A stretch of DNA of 64,000 nucleotides from IMG/VR virus record IMGVR_UViG_3300027621_000003, positions 62,001 to 126,000 of that record; one strand, 5' to 3'. Made by a program: the position numbers and the translations under genes. The notes beneath the pieces were generated by a model. It was given only the letters and a program-made list of their open reading frames with translations. It did no database searches and was not told where the DNA came from. Shown piece by piece: positions 18,027 through 27,159 of this stretch (positions are counted from its first letter, which is position 1; each line of letters opens with the position of its first letter).

Positions 18027-21000
18027 TTATAATCCATATTTTGATTTATCGGCGTTAAAGTTTTGTAATACTTGTGCTGAGGTAAGTGCTGCGTTGTATA
18101 AACGAGTTATACCAATTTTTCCATCAAACCATTGAGAAAACTCTCCACCATTGTAACTACCAATGTAAAGTGGGTTAGTTGAGTTTAATATACTTGCCAA
18201 ACTATGACCCACACTTCCTATACTTACACCATTTACAAATGTTTGAAGTGTATTGGCGGCAACATTGGTAAACACATAAACTATTTGGTACCATGTGTTA
18301 GTTGTTCCAGTGTAGAAGGTACTATCAACAAATAATGATGAACCAGTACCACTACCTGAACCTAATTGAGCATAATATGTGGTGTTAGTTGTTCTAATAC
18401 TATAACTTACATCTTGGGATAGACCTCCATTATCAAACTTTCCAAGAACAACATCGTTACCTAACACTGCTTGATTAACCCATACTTCCATAGTCCAGTT
18501 CCCACTTCCTGGTTCTAATAAGGGATTATCCGCAACACTAACTTGAGATGAGGCTCCATTATATGTGAAGTATGGTGATGTATATGTGATATTGGACATT
18601 GAACCATTTAATTCATTTCCTGATAAATCATTAATTGTTGTACCAGTACCAGGGTAACTTGATAAATTACTTGGGTCATAATATAAAACAAGATTAGCGG
18701 TTACTGGAACCTCAGGTGTTGAGGTTGGTGTTGGTGTTGGTGTTGGTGTTGTTGTATTAGTTGGTGTAACTGTTACTGTTGGTGTTTGTGTTATTGTAGG
18801 AGTAGGCGTTTCAGTATTTGTTGGTGTTTGTGTTATTGTTGGTGTTTGTGTTATTGTAGGTGTGGGTGTTTCAGTATTTGTAAGTGTTGGAGTTACAGTC
18901 TGAGTCGGAGTTGGTGTCTGAGTCGGAGTTTCTGTATTTGTAAGTGTTGGAGTTATAGTATTAGTTGGAGTATTAGTTGGAGTTTCTGTAGGTGTTGGCG
19001 TATTAGTAGGAGTTTCAGTATTAGTCGGTGTAGATGTTGGTGTATTAGTAGGTGTTTCAGTGTTAGTAGGTGTTTGTGTTGGCGTATTAGTAGGAGTTTC
19101 AGTATTAGTCGGTGTATTAGTTGGTGTAACACTTGTTGTTGGTGTAACTGTCGGCGTAATAGTTGGAGTTGGAGTTGCCGATGGACACATACCTAAATCA
19201 ACAATAACCAAAGAATTAACACCACCAGTTCTTACAATACTATTTTTGGTTGCACATAAATAAACATCAGGATTTGGTGGTAAAATGTTTCCAACAATTA
19301 AAGTACCATAACAATCCGTATAAGAATAAATAACGTTTCCTCTATCAGATTCATTTATTAATTGATAATATTCACATCCTGTATATCCTGGTGTTGATGT
19401 AACACTTGGTGTTGGTGTTTTAGTTGATGTAACACTTGGTGTTGGTGTTTTAGTTTGTGTATTAGTTGGTGTTGGTGTTTTAGTTTGTGTGTTAGTTTGT
19501 GTGTTAGTAGGCGTTGTCGTAGGTGTTTTAGTGTTAGTAGGCGTTGTCGTAGGTGTTTTAGTATTAGTTGGTGTACGTGTTAAATTTATAGTGTTGGTCG
19601 GTGTCTGAGTAGATGTTACCGTTGGTGTTACCGTTGGTGTTAATGTCTGAGTAGATGTTACCGTTGGTGTTAATGTTTGTGTTGCAGTTGCGGTTGGAGT
19701 TAATCCAGTTGTTGCGGTTGGTGTAACCGTTTTTGTTGGTGTTAGAGTTAAAGTTGGTGTTACTGTAGGAGTTTCAGTGTTTGTTGGTGTTACTGATGAC
19801 GTAGGTGTGTTTGTGGGTGTATGTGTAGGTGTTATTGTAGGTGTAGGTGTAGGGAAATCACAATTTAAACAATATGGATTTAAAAAATTATAAATTGGTC
19901 TTAAAATTCTGGCGTTGTGTTGAATTTCAGGAACCGATAATGGTTTTGCATACATATTAAATTTGGATATTGCACCATCAAAAGTACCGGCAAAATTTTG
20001 TTCTATTAATATATTGGTTGTAAGGCCACTTAATGTTGTTCCACTCAAAATATTTGGTGGGAACAATTCAGGGTCTTGTGTGTAGTAATTAATGTCGTTT
20101 GTTGGTACCGCGCTAAAAATTAAATTTTCATGTAATCCTTGTGTTCCACCACCCCAAGAAATATTAAATGGTACTCCAACTTGATTTTCTTTGTGTCCAA
20201 ATAAACCACGAGGTATGATTTCTTCAACATCTTCAAATACATAAAATATTATACCATTAATGTAAATTTTCATTCTACCTCTACGGTATATTTTTTCTAA
20301 AATCCAAAGATTGTTTAACTCAACAAGTTCTTCTATTGTTGGAATTAATTCATAATGTGTTATTGGTGGTGATATTAATGAAACTGAATTATTTACGGTA
20401 CTGGCAGTATATGGGAAGATAGTGATTGTCCCAAGACCACCACGATAAAACAAATCGCACGTATCTAACCATGTATATCGTTCAAAGACTACATCCACTA
20501 AAACCCAATGTTCTTGTTCGTCATATGTTGTTCCACTACAATTATCATAAATTCCTCTATTGGTACAATAGTTATTTATTGAATAACCAGTTACTGAACC
20601 AGGACCTAAAGTTTCACAAGAACCTGTGTAAATACAATCACCTGTTATGGTTAAAGTTCTTATACAAATTTTTGGATTGTGTGGGTCACCACTAAATTTG
20701 ATTGCAATTGCATTAGACATTGAATCATATTCAGGATTATGTTCAGGAATTGGAACTGGTGGTTCGGGACAACAACAAAGGTCTACTTGAGTATGTGAAT
20801 CTGTAGTTCCTGTTGGTGGATATACTAATATACAATTAGAATCATTATATTGCAAATAACCCGGCTTGGTTATTATTGAAAATTTAATGGTTCCCAATCC
20901 AACTCGTTTTGTTGTTACAAATTTAAAATCTCCGGTTGATGCTGTGTATCCAACAACAGTTCCCTCAAGATATTGAGCGTCGTCATGATAAATTAATGCC

Positions 21001-21971
21001 GTATCACCCGAAACCCATAATAAATTTGGAGAAACAGTTAATGTTCTACCTGTTGTTGTTAAATCAAAAATTGTTGTTGATGAAGTTGTATATCCCGAAT
21101 ATAAATCAACACAAAAACAACTTGTTAATCCAGTCAACGGTGTTGTAATTCTGTAATAAGATGGGTCACCTGAATTTGTTCCGGCTGCGTGGTGCCAATA
21201 CTTATTTTCGGCTCTTGTACCCATGTAAAAGAATATACCAGCATTATTTGGGTAATATTCATTTAATGTGGTTTGTCCTGAACTTGGAGAATAGACATTT
21301 GATAATCTTGGCTTTAAAGTCATCTCTACCGTCCATCCTTTTGGATATCTTTCAGGTAAAATTTTATAATCGTATCCGAACAATTCATAAAATCCTTGAT
21401 AAAAACCACCATATAATTCTTGGTAATTTCCAATAGTTTGTGCACTATATGACACAACATTATAAATCGTTCCTGCGGTTACACCCGAAAATCTTGTGTT
21501 TGGAGTCCAAGTATAACCAGTAACTTGATGTAATTTTAATCTTCTATCAAATTTATACCTATCAAATTTTTCATTAGCAGGTAGTAAGCCATTAGTATAA
21601 GTTATTGATTGACCTGTCATTCCGGTTACCAATCCGTTGTCAGTTCCTGTTAATCCAATATCACAAATTGTTTTTGAAGAATAACAATCAATTAGAACAT
21701 CATTTGGGTTGTAGTAGTTTTCAGAAATTAAAATGTTATCAAAGTCATAATTTCCATATGTTAATGAAAAATTTTGATTACTTCCTGTAAAATTAATATC
21801 AAACTTAACTGGTAACACGTCACCATTATATGCGCCAATAATATATGGTGAAAAAATAACTTCTTCGTTATAATCTCGTTCATCTGATGCTAAAGAAAGG
21901 TCTGTAACCTCCAAAAATGGTGATAAATACCATTTTTTATAGACATATTGGTTAATGTTCTGATAAGCCAT
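18027..21971 (-). CDS. Large virion-type protein with two Thr/Pro mucin-like tracts and a C-terminal LamG/ConA domain
   Basis: 1314 aa; (TPT)n tracts separated by a small Cys-containing domain; C-terminal LVLYYD..SYPGTG..DLSGN..WYQIV..IGS..FDGKIG..LYNAAL..QNFNA LamG signature. Confidence 0.8.
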   Translation of the reverse strand: MAYQNINQYVYKKWYLSPFLEVTDLSLASDERDYNEEVIFSPYIIGAYNGDVLPVKFDINFTGSNQNFSLTYGNYDFDNILISENYYNPNDVLIDCYSSKTICDIGLTGTDNGLVTGMTGQSITYTNGLLPANEKFDRYKFDRRLKLHQVTGYTWTPNTRFSGVTAGTIYNVVSYSAQTIGNYQELYGGFYQGFYELFGYDYKILPERYPKGWTVEMTLKPRLSNVYSPSSGQTTLNEYYPNNAGIFFYMGTRAENKYWHHAAGTNSGDPSYYRITTPLTGLTSCFCVDLYSGYTTSSTTIFDLTTTGRTLTVSPNLLWVSGDTALIYHDDAQYLEGTVVGYTASTGDFKFVTTKRVGLGTIKFSIITKPGYLQYNDSNCILVYPPTGTTDSHTQVDLCCCPEPPVPIPEHNPEYDSMSNAIAIKFSGDPHNPKICIRTLTITGDCIYTGSCETLGPGSVTGYSINNYCTNRGIYDNCSGTTYDEQEHWVLVDVVFERYTWLDTCDLFYRGGLGTITIFPYTASTVNNSVSLISPPITHYELIPTIEELVELNNLWILEKIYRRGRMKIYINGIIFYVFEDVEEIIPRGLFGHKENQVGVPFNISWGGGTQGLHENLIFSAVPTNDINYYTQDPELFPPNILSGTTLSGLTTNILIEQNFAGTFDGAISKFNMYAKPLSVPEIQHNARILRPIYNFLNPYCLNCDFPTPTPTITPTHTPTNTPTSSVTPTNTETPTVTPTLTLTPTKTVTPTATTGLTPTATATQTLTPTVTSTQTLTPTVTPTVTSTQTPTNTINLTRTPTNTKTPTTTPTNTKTPTTTPTNTQTNTQTKTPTPTNTQTKTPTPSVTSTKTPTPSVTSTPGYTGCEYYQLINESDRGNVIYSYTDCYGTLIVGNILPPNPDVYLCATKNSIVRTGGVNSLVIVDLGMCPSATPTPTITPTVTPTTSVTPTNTPTNTETPTNTPTQTPTNTETPTNTPTSTPTNTETPTNTPTPTETPTNTPTNTITPTLTNTETPTQTPTPTQTVTPTLTNTETPTPTITQTPTITQTPTNTETPTPTITQTPTVTVTPTNTTTPTPTPTPTSTPEVPVTANLVLYYDPSNLSSYPGTGTTINDLSGNELNGSMSNITYTSPYFTYNGASSQVSVADNPLLEPGSGNWTMEVWVNQAVLGNDVVLGKFDNGGLSQDVSYSIRTTNTTYYAQLGSGSGTGSSLFVDSTFYTGTTNTWYQIVYVFTNVAANTLQTFVNGVSIGSVGHSLASILNSTNPLYIGSYNGGEFSQWFDGKIGITRLYNAALTSAQVLQNFNADKSKYGL
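18715..19180 (-). repeat. Thr/Pro low-complexity coding repeat 2 (TNTETPT-type units)
   Basis: Degenerate GGTGTT/GGAGTT tandem units on the + strand; boundaries approximate. Confidence 0.9.
19390..19855 (-). repeat. Thr/Pro low-complexity coding repeat 1
   Basis: Degenerate tandem units encoding TPTxT; boundaries approximate. Confidence 0.9.
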
Positions 21972-21975
21972 ATGA

Positions 21976-22003
21976 CATAAATACTTTTATTGTAGTATTT
22001 ATA
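21976..22003. promoter_or_regulatory. Back-to-back RTATTTAT putative late promoters for divergent genes
   Basis: GTATTTATG on the minus strand (21976-21984) before 21971; GTATTTATA on the plus strand (21995-22003) before 22019. Confidence 0.6.
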
Positions 22004-22018
22004 GTATAAAAAATCATT

Positions 22019-22828
22019 ATGGTTGAATTTGGTCGTGAATATTATAACAATGACATGTATTTTTTCTTAAAGAAAAGAAAAGATTCTATTGATGTCTACT
22101 ATTCTGTTGGTAATACAATTACAGAAGCCAGAACAATGGATGAAATTGTTAAAATACCTTTAATTAATGAAACTAAACTAAAATTAGTTATTGAAAAATT
22201 AACAAAGTCAAAGAAAAAATTTTCAAAAAAAGATATTAAAAGAATTATGGATAAAATTTCATCTGAAAAAGGTGAAATTGAAGAACTTGTTGATTACGAT
22301 GGTAGTTTTTCAAATTCAAAAGTTCCAATTCATGACCCTACTTTATCACCAACAAAAACTATGGACCAAACTGTGTTTGCCGCTAGACAAGCAACAAACC
22401 CATTATTACGTGGATATAGAGTTTACTATGGTGAAAGTGTTGTTAGAGAAATTGATGCTCGTGGAGCCTTTGGTTTTGAAGAAACTGAATTAGAAGGTGA
22501 AGATGCCAAAGAAGCGATTGAAACATTTAAAGAATTAGGTGTTGAGGACCCAAAAGGTAGAGCTAAAGAAATGGGTTATGACCCAAAATTAGAAAAGAAA
22601 AAATTACCAGGTTCTTTTACAAGAAAAAGATTAGAAGAAGTCCAAAAAGAAAAAATGATTAAAGTTCTTGAGGATATGGTAACAAAAAAATCAAAAGATA
22701 CTGACGTTCAAAATAAAGAAATAAACGCATCAAAATTATTAATTAAGAATTTAAGAACTCTTAAAAAAATGGCGGAAAAAGAAGGGTTAAGTAATTCTGA
22801 TATTTTAAAGTTACTAAAAAATGAATAA
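22019..22828 (+). CDS. Hypothetical protein (possible head-associated)
   Basis: 269-aa ORF behind the motif; several [ILV]xE motifs. Confidence 0.6.
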   Translation: MVEFGREYYNNDMYFFLKKRKDSIDVYYSVGNTITEARTMDEIVKIPLINETKLKLVIEKLTKSKKKFSKKDIKRIMDKISSEKGEIEELVDYDGSFSNSKVPIHDPTLSPTKTMDQTVFAARQATNPLLRGYRVYYGESVVREIDARGAFGFEETELEGEDAKEAIETFKELGVEDPKGRAKEMGYDPKLEKKKLPGSFTRKRLEEVQKEKMIKVLEDMVTKKSKDTDVQNKEINASKLLIKNLRTLKKMAEKEGLSNSDILKLLKNE

Positions 22829-23291
22829 AGAACTTTATGATAAGAGTTGGGATTTTCCAAAAGATTTGCAGAATCATATGAGAGTATGTTTTGCTAAGGT
22901 CAAAAACGCTGATGCAAATACTGAAGGATATAATCGTAACAGAAGATTACAGACGGCAACAACAATTTCTTATCCTGAATTAAAAAGAGTAAAAAACTTT
23001 TTTGATAATCACACAGGAACACCTCAAGACGCACCATTTATTTTAAACGGTGAAAGTAAAATGAGAGATTTTGTTAATTCATCATTATCAGGTGCAAGAC
23101 AATCACTAGCAACTTCCAAAAATATCAGACAAGACACTGGTATGGAAAAAGAATTTGTTCAAACACCAAATGCAAATGTAAATCTTAATATTTCAAAAGA
23201 CGGAGCAAATAAAACAAGTCTTGAAAAATATGATTTACAAGTAACCGAAAGCCTAAAAAGGATAAATAACATTATGAAAAAAATAATATAA
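22821..23291 (+). CDS. Hypothetical phage protein
   Basis: 156-aa ORF overlapping the upstream stop. Confidence 0.6.
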   Translation: MNKELYDKSWDFPKDLQNHMRVCFAKVKNADANTEGYNRNRRLQTATTISYPELKRVKNFFDNHTGTPQDAPFILNGESKMRDFVNSSLSGARQSLATSKNIRQDTGMEKEFVQTPNANVNLNISKDGANKTSLEKYDLQVTESLKRINNIMKKII

Positions 23292-23296
23292 AAGTT

Positions 23297-23590
23297 ATGG
23301 AAAAATTACCATTAGATTTTTCACAACCAGCTAATAGATTAACTGCGATTGCGGAAATAGAAAGAAAAAAGAACATTGTAAAAAATGATTTTATTCAACA
23401 AAGCAATGAATATGGCACCACTAATCCGGCCGCACTTGCGGATGGAGATTCGATGGGAAGAGGTATAGGTACTTCAGACACTCGTAATGAAAGTGCGGGA
23501 ACATCAATTGACATTTTTGAAAGAAAGATGAACATTAAATTTAATGCTTATCAAGCAGACAAACCTTACAACGTAAAAGGTGTAGAATAA
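23297..23590 (+). CDS. Hypothetical protein
   Basis: 97-aa ORF, operon-like spacing. Confidence 0.55.
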   Translation: MEKLPLDFSQPANRLTAIAEIERKKNIVKNDFIQQSNEYGTTNPAALADGDSMGRGIGTSDTRNESAGTSIDIFERKMNIKFNAYQADKPYNVKGVE

Positions 23591-23985
23591 TGAAATTAAT
23601 TGGTTCGTTAAAATCTTTAATAACTGAAGCGGCATCAATAGATGATATTAAAAAATCTATTGAACAAAAACAAGTATGCTCCATTTACTATGAAGGTGAT
23701 GAACCAGGAGGAAGAGGATTACGTGAAATTGAACCTGTTGCGTTAGGACGTTCAAAGGCGGGTAATTTAGTTCTTAGAGGATGGGATAGAACGGGAGCGT
23801 CTCACACCGCTTATAAAGGTGAACAACCATTACCATCTTGGAGATTATTTCGTGTTGATAAAATAACTATGTTAAAACCTACACGTGAAAACTTTACTCA
23901 GGCACAACCTGGCTATAACTTTAATGGAGATAAAAGTATGACCCAAGTTATCTTAATTGCAAAATTTGATAACACAACAACATAA
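23590..23985 (+). CDS. Stand-alone WYL-domain protein
   Basis: SIYYEG..REIEPVALG..LRGWD..WRLFRVDKI; no HTH or WCX domain. Confidence 0.7.
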   Translation: MKLIGSLKSLITEAASIDDIKKSIEQKQVCSIYYEGDEPGGRGLREIEPVALGRSKAGNLVLRGWDRTGASHTAYKGEQPLPSWRLFRVDKITMLKPTRENFTQAQPGYNFNGDKSMTQVILIAKFDNTTT

Positions 23986-23988
23986 TAT

Positions 23989-24594
23989 ATGAACTCAGAA
24001 AACGATTTAATGCAAAAATTAGTGGTGGCTAAAAAAATTATGGATGCCCATAATAAAACACCAAGAGCTGGAAACAGTGGTGGAATTCCATCAACACCGA
24101 TGTTAGAACAATTTAACACACCGCCAGCAATGTATAATATTCCACAAGAATATATGGAAGAACAAAAACAAGTTCAACCACAACAAACATCTCAATTACC
24201 CGTTAAAGACAGAATTTTAAATTCAAGATTACCTGATGAAATTAAAAGATTGATGATTGAACATCCTATTGACAAACCAAACAATATGGGTGGTCCAACA
24301 TTATCTAATGAAGTTGTTGAAGCGGCAGCGAGATTAATGAAAACAGATGCTCGTGGTAATGTAAGTGAATCAAACGTGCCAAGACAACCTCAAGTACAGT
24401 ATCAACAAGGACAAAATACCTCTGGTATTGACTATAGTCTATTAAAGTCAATTATTAGAGATACAATAACTGAAGTTTTGACTGAAAAAGGTATGGTTGT
24501 TGAAAGTGCGTCAAAAACTAAAGAACAAATTTCTTTTAGAGTTGGTCAACACGTGTTTGAAGGTGTTGTAACAAAAATTAAAAAGATGAAATAA
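23989..24594 (+). CDS. Hypothetical protein
   Basis: 201-aa ORF, Q/P-rich linkers. Confidence 0.6.
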   Translation: MNSENDLMQKLVVAKKIMDAHNKTPRAGNSGGIPSTPMLEQFNTPPAMYNIPQEYMEEQKQVQPQQTSQLPVKDRILNSRLPDEIKRLMIEHPIDKPNNMGGPTLSNEVVEAAARLMKTDARGNVSESNVPRQPQVQYQQGQNTSGIDYSLLKSIIRDTITEVLTEKGMVVESASKTKEQISFRVGQHVFEGVVTKIKKMK

Positions 24595-24643
24595 TACTTT
24601 GATTTATTGAGTAAACTTTCTATTATTATGAAAAAGTTTACTT

Positions 24644-25855
24644 ATGTCAAAAATCAAAGTTTTAGTTTTACCATCAGACAGAACAGGTGTCGGAAAATTC
24701 CGCTCTGTTGACCCCCACATTTTTTTACAAAATTTATATCCCGATGATTTTCATGTTGATATTGTTTTTGATTTAGATATCAACAACCCGTCAGTATGGG
24801 ATGATTATCAAATTGTTCATTTTCATAGGGTAATTGCTGGTAATTATGAAAACACACCAAACATTGTTAACTATCTAAAACAAAGAGGTATTAAAACCGT
24901 AATGGATTTGGATGATTATTGGTTACCAACCAAAGAACACCCAATTCACGATTTAATTCGTGTTAATAAAATTCACGAAAAAATTGTAGATAACATTAAA
25001 GTGGCTGATTATGTATTAACTACAACAACACTTTTTGCTGATGAAATTAAAAAATACAATAAAAATGTTTTTATTTTTCCAAATGCAATTAATCCAAAAG
25101 AACCACAGTTTTGTGAACCAACAATTAAATCAGAAAAATTACGATTTGGTTGGTTAGGTGGTTCATCCCACTTATATGATTTAATGTTATTAGATGGATT
25201 GTTTCAAAGAATGGAACCATATAAAAACAAAGTACAAACTTATTTATGTGGTTTTGACATTAGAGGTAGTGTAACAGAAATTAATTCTGAAACAAAAGAA
25301 CAAACTAAGAGAGACATTAAACCAGAAGAAACTGTTTGGTTTAAATATGAAAATATCTTTACAGATAATGGAAAGTTAATCAGTCCTGATTATAAAGATT
25401 TTTTATTAAAATTTAAAGAAGAAGATTATTCTAAATTTTCAGATGAATATTACCATCGTGTATGGACAAGACCTGTTCAAAGTTATGCTAAAAATTACAC
25501 AAAATTTGATGTGTCTTTGGCACCGATTAAAAATCATATATTTAACCGAGTTAAATCACAATTAAAAGTTATTGAAGCAGGTTTTTATAAGAAAGCATTA
25601 ATTGCATCAAATTTAGGACCATATACAATTGACTTGAAACATTCATTACAAAATGGTAACTTTGTTGACGGAAACGCATTGTTGGTTGACGAAAGTAGAA
25701 ATCATAGTGATTGGTTTAAATATGCTAAGAAACTTATTGACAACCCAAATTGGGCTCACGATTTAGGTGAAAGGTTGTATGAAACAGTAAAAGACACGTA
25801 TGACTTAAATGTCGTAACTAAAACAAGAGCAGAATTTTATAAATCTATAGTATGA
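24644..25855 (+). CDS. GT-B (GT4-like) glycosyltransferase
   Basis: MDLDDYW, PNAI, GWLGGSSH, DVSLAP..FNRVKSQLKVIEAG. Confidence 0.75.
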   Translation: MSKIKVLVLPSDRTGVGKFRSVDPHIFLQNLYPDDFHVDIVFDLDINNPSVWDDYQIVHFHRVIAGNYENTPNIVNYLKQRGIKTVMDLDDYWLPTKEHPIHDLIRVNKIHEKIVDNIKVADYVLTTTTLFADEIKKYNKNVFIFPNAINPKEPQFCEPTIKSEKLRFGWLGGSSHLYDLMLLDGLFQRMEPYKNKVQTYLCGFDIRGSVTEINSETKEQTKRDIKPEETVWFKYENIFTDNGKLISPDYKDFLLKFKEEDYSKFSDEYYHRVWTRPVQSYAKNYTKFDVSLAPIKNHIFNRVKSQLKVIEAGFYKKALIASNLGPYTIDLKHSLQNGNFVDGNALLVDESRNHSDWFKYAKKLIDNPNWAHDLGERLYETVKDTYDLNVVTKTRAEFYKSIV

Positions 25856-26553
25856 TACAGGTACCATTAACTAAACTATTATTTTTTGACATTGAAACTG
25901 TTGGATTGCATAAAGACTACGATGGTCTTGAACAAAATCATCCAGCACTCACAAAACAATTTAACAATTACTTTGATTGGTTTCAGAAAAGATTTCCTGA
26001 AGACCAAGGGTTGGACCCACAACAAGTTTTTGTAAACCGAGCGGCACTTGTTCCTGAGTTTTCAAAAATTGTCTGTGCAAGTTTTGCCTTTGTTGGTCCT
26101 GATGGAAAAACACACGCACAAACTTTCTCAGGTGATGATGAAAAAGAAATCTTATTGGGTATTAACGCCCTTTTGAATAAAGTATTCAAATTAGATTTTT
26201 GGTTATGTGGACATAACATTAAAAACTTTGATATTCCTGTGTTAAATAAACGTATGGTTATCAATGGAATTAAACCATCACCACTATTACCATCTTATGA
26301 TACAAAGCCTTGGGAAATCAAAGCAATTGATACTATGGATGTATGGAAAATGGGTAATAACTTTGCATTATCATCATTGGAACTTATGTGTGCTGCCATG
26401 GGTGTTAAATCACCAAAAGAAGGTGAAGTTACGGGTAACCGAGTACACGAAGCATACTACGATTTTAATCAACTTGACTTGATTGTTGAATATTGTGAAA
26501 GAGATGTAATGGTATTGATTGATATAATTAAAAAATTTAAAGAACTACAATAA
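25852..26553 (+). CDS. PolB-related 3'-5' exonuclease (RNase H-like)
   Basis: FFDIETV (ExoI), GHNIKNFDIP (ExoII), YCERDV (ExoIII). Confidence 0.85.
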   Translation: MIQVPLTKLLFFDIETVGLHKDYDGLEQNHPALTKQFNNYFDWFQKRFPEDQGLDPQQVFVNRAALVPEFSKIVCASFAFVGPDGKTHAQTFSGDDEKEILLGINALLNKVFKLDFWLCGHNIKNFDIPVLNKRMVINGIKPSPLLPSYDTKPWEIKAIDTMDVWKMGNNFALSSLELMCAAMGVKSPKEGEVTGNRVHEAYYDFNQLDLIVEYCERDVMVLIDIIKKFKELQ

Positions 26554-26554
26554 T

Positions 26555-27157
26555 ATGAATAACGAAAACGATGAAATGGACTTGTTGCAACAAGAATTAT
26601 CTAATATCTTGAAACAACTTCAAAATGAAATGGATGGTACTTCTGAACTTGAAATTGAAGAAATTCACGGTGTTAATTTAAAAGAATTAGAAAAAGCATT
26701 TAGTGAAAAAGAACCAAAATTAGATTTAAAATTTGTTAAATGTCATGCCGATGCTGTGTCACCAAGTTATAATTACCCAACAGATTCAGGATTTGATTTA
26801 CATTCAACAGAATCAACAATGATACCTCCATTATCAAGAATGGTGGTTGGAACAGGATTAAAGTTTAACATTAAAGACGGTTATGAAATTCAAATCAGAC
26901 CAAAGAGTGGTTTAGCATTAAAACAAGGATTAACTGTTTTAAACACACCAGGAACAATTGATTCTGGATATGACGGTGAAGTTAAAGTAATCCTATATAA
27001 CTCAACGCAAAACACAATTAAAGTTGATAAAGGTCAAAAAATTGCTCAGGCATGTGTTTGTCCTGTGGCAAATGGCAGATGGATAAACCCTGTTGAAGTT
27101 TCTGAAATTTCAGGTAAGGACAGAGGGGATAAAGGATTTGGTAGTACAGGGATATAA
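26555..27157 (+). CDS. dut: Trimeric dUTPase with N-terminal acidic extension
   Basis: SGFDL, RPKSGLA, GTIDSGYDGE, IAQ, RGDKGFGSTG. Confidence 0.95.
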   Translation: MNNENDEMDLLQQELSNILKQLQNEMDGTSELEIEEIHGVNLKELEKAFSEKEPKLDLKFVKCHADAVSPSYNYPTDSGFDLHSTESTMIPPLSRMVVGTGLKFNIKDGYEIQIRPKSGLALKQGLTVLNTPGTIDSGYDGEVKVILYNSTQNTIKVDKGQKIAQACVCPVANGRWINPVEVSEISGKDRGDKGFGSTGI

Positions 27158-27159
27158 GT

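Noticed and set aside
18715-19855. CRISPR array or non-coding repeat in the GT-rich tandem tracts (also 42.7 kb and 57.2-57.7 kb)
   Set aside because: Units are multiples of 3 within open Thr/Pro-coding frames and have no unique spacers
18786-21790. Plus-strand Cys/Trp- or Val/Gly-rich ORFs opposite the repeats, and other short antisense ORFs in the track
   Set aside because: Shadow frames of real minus-strand genes; composition is explained by the reverse complement
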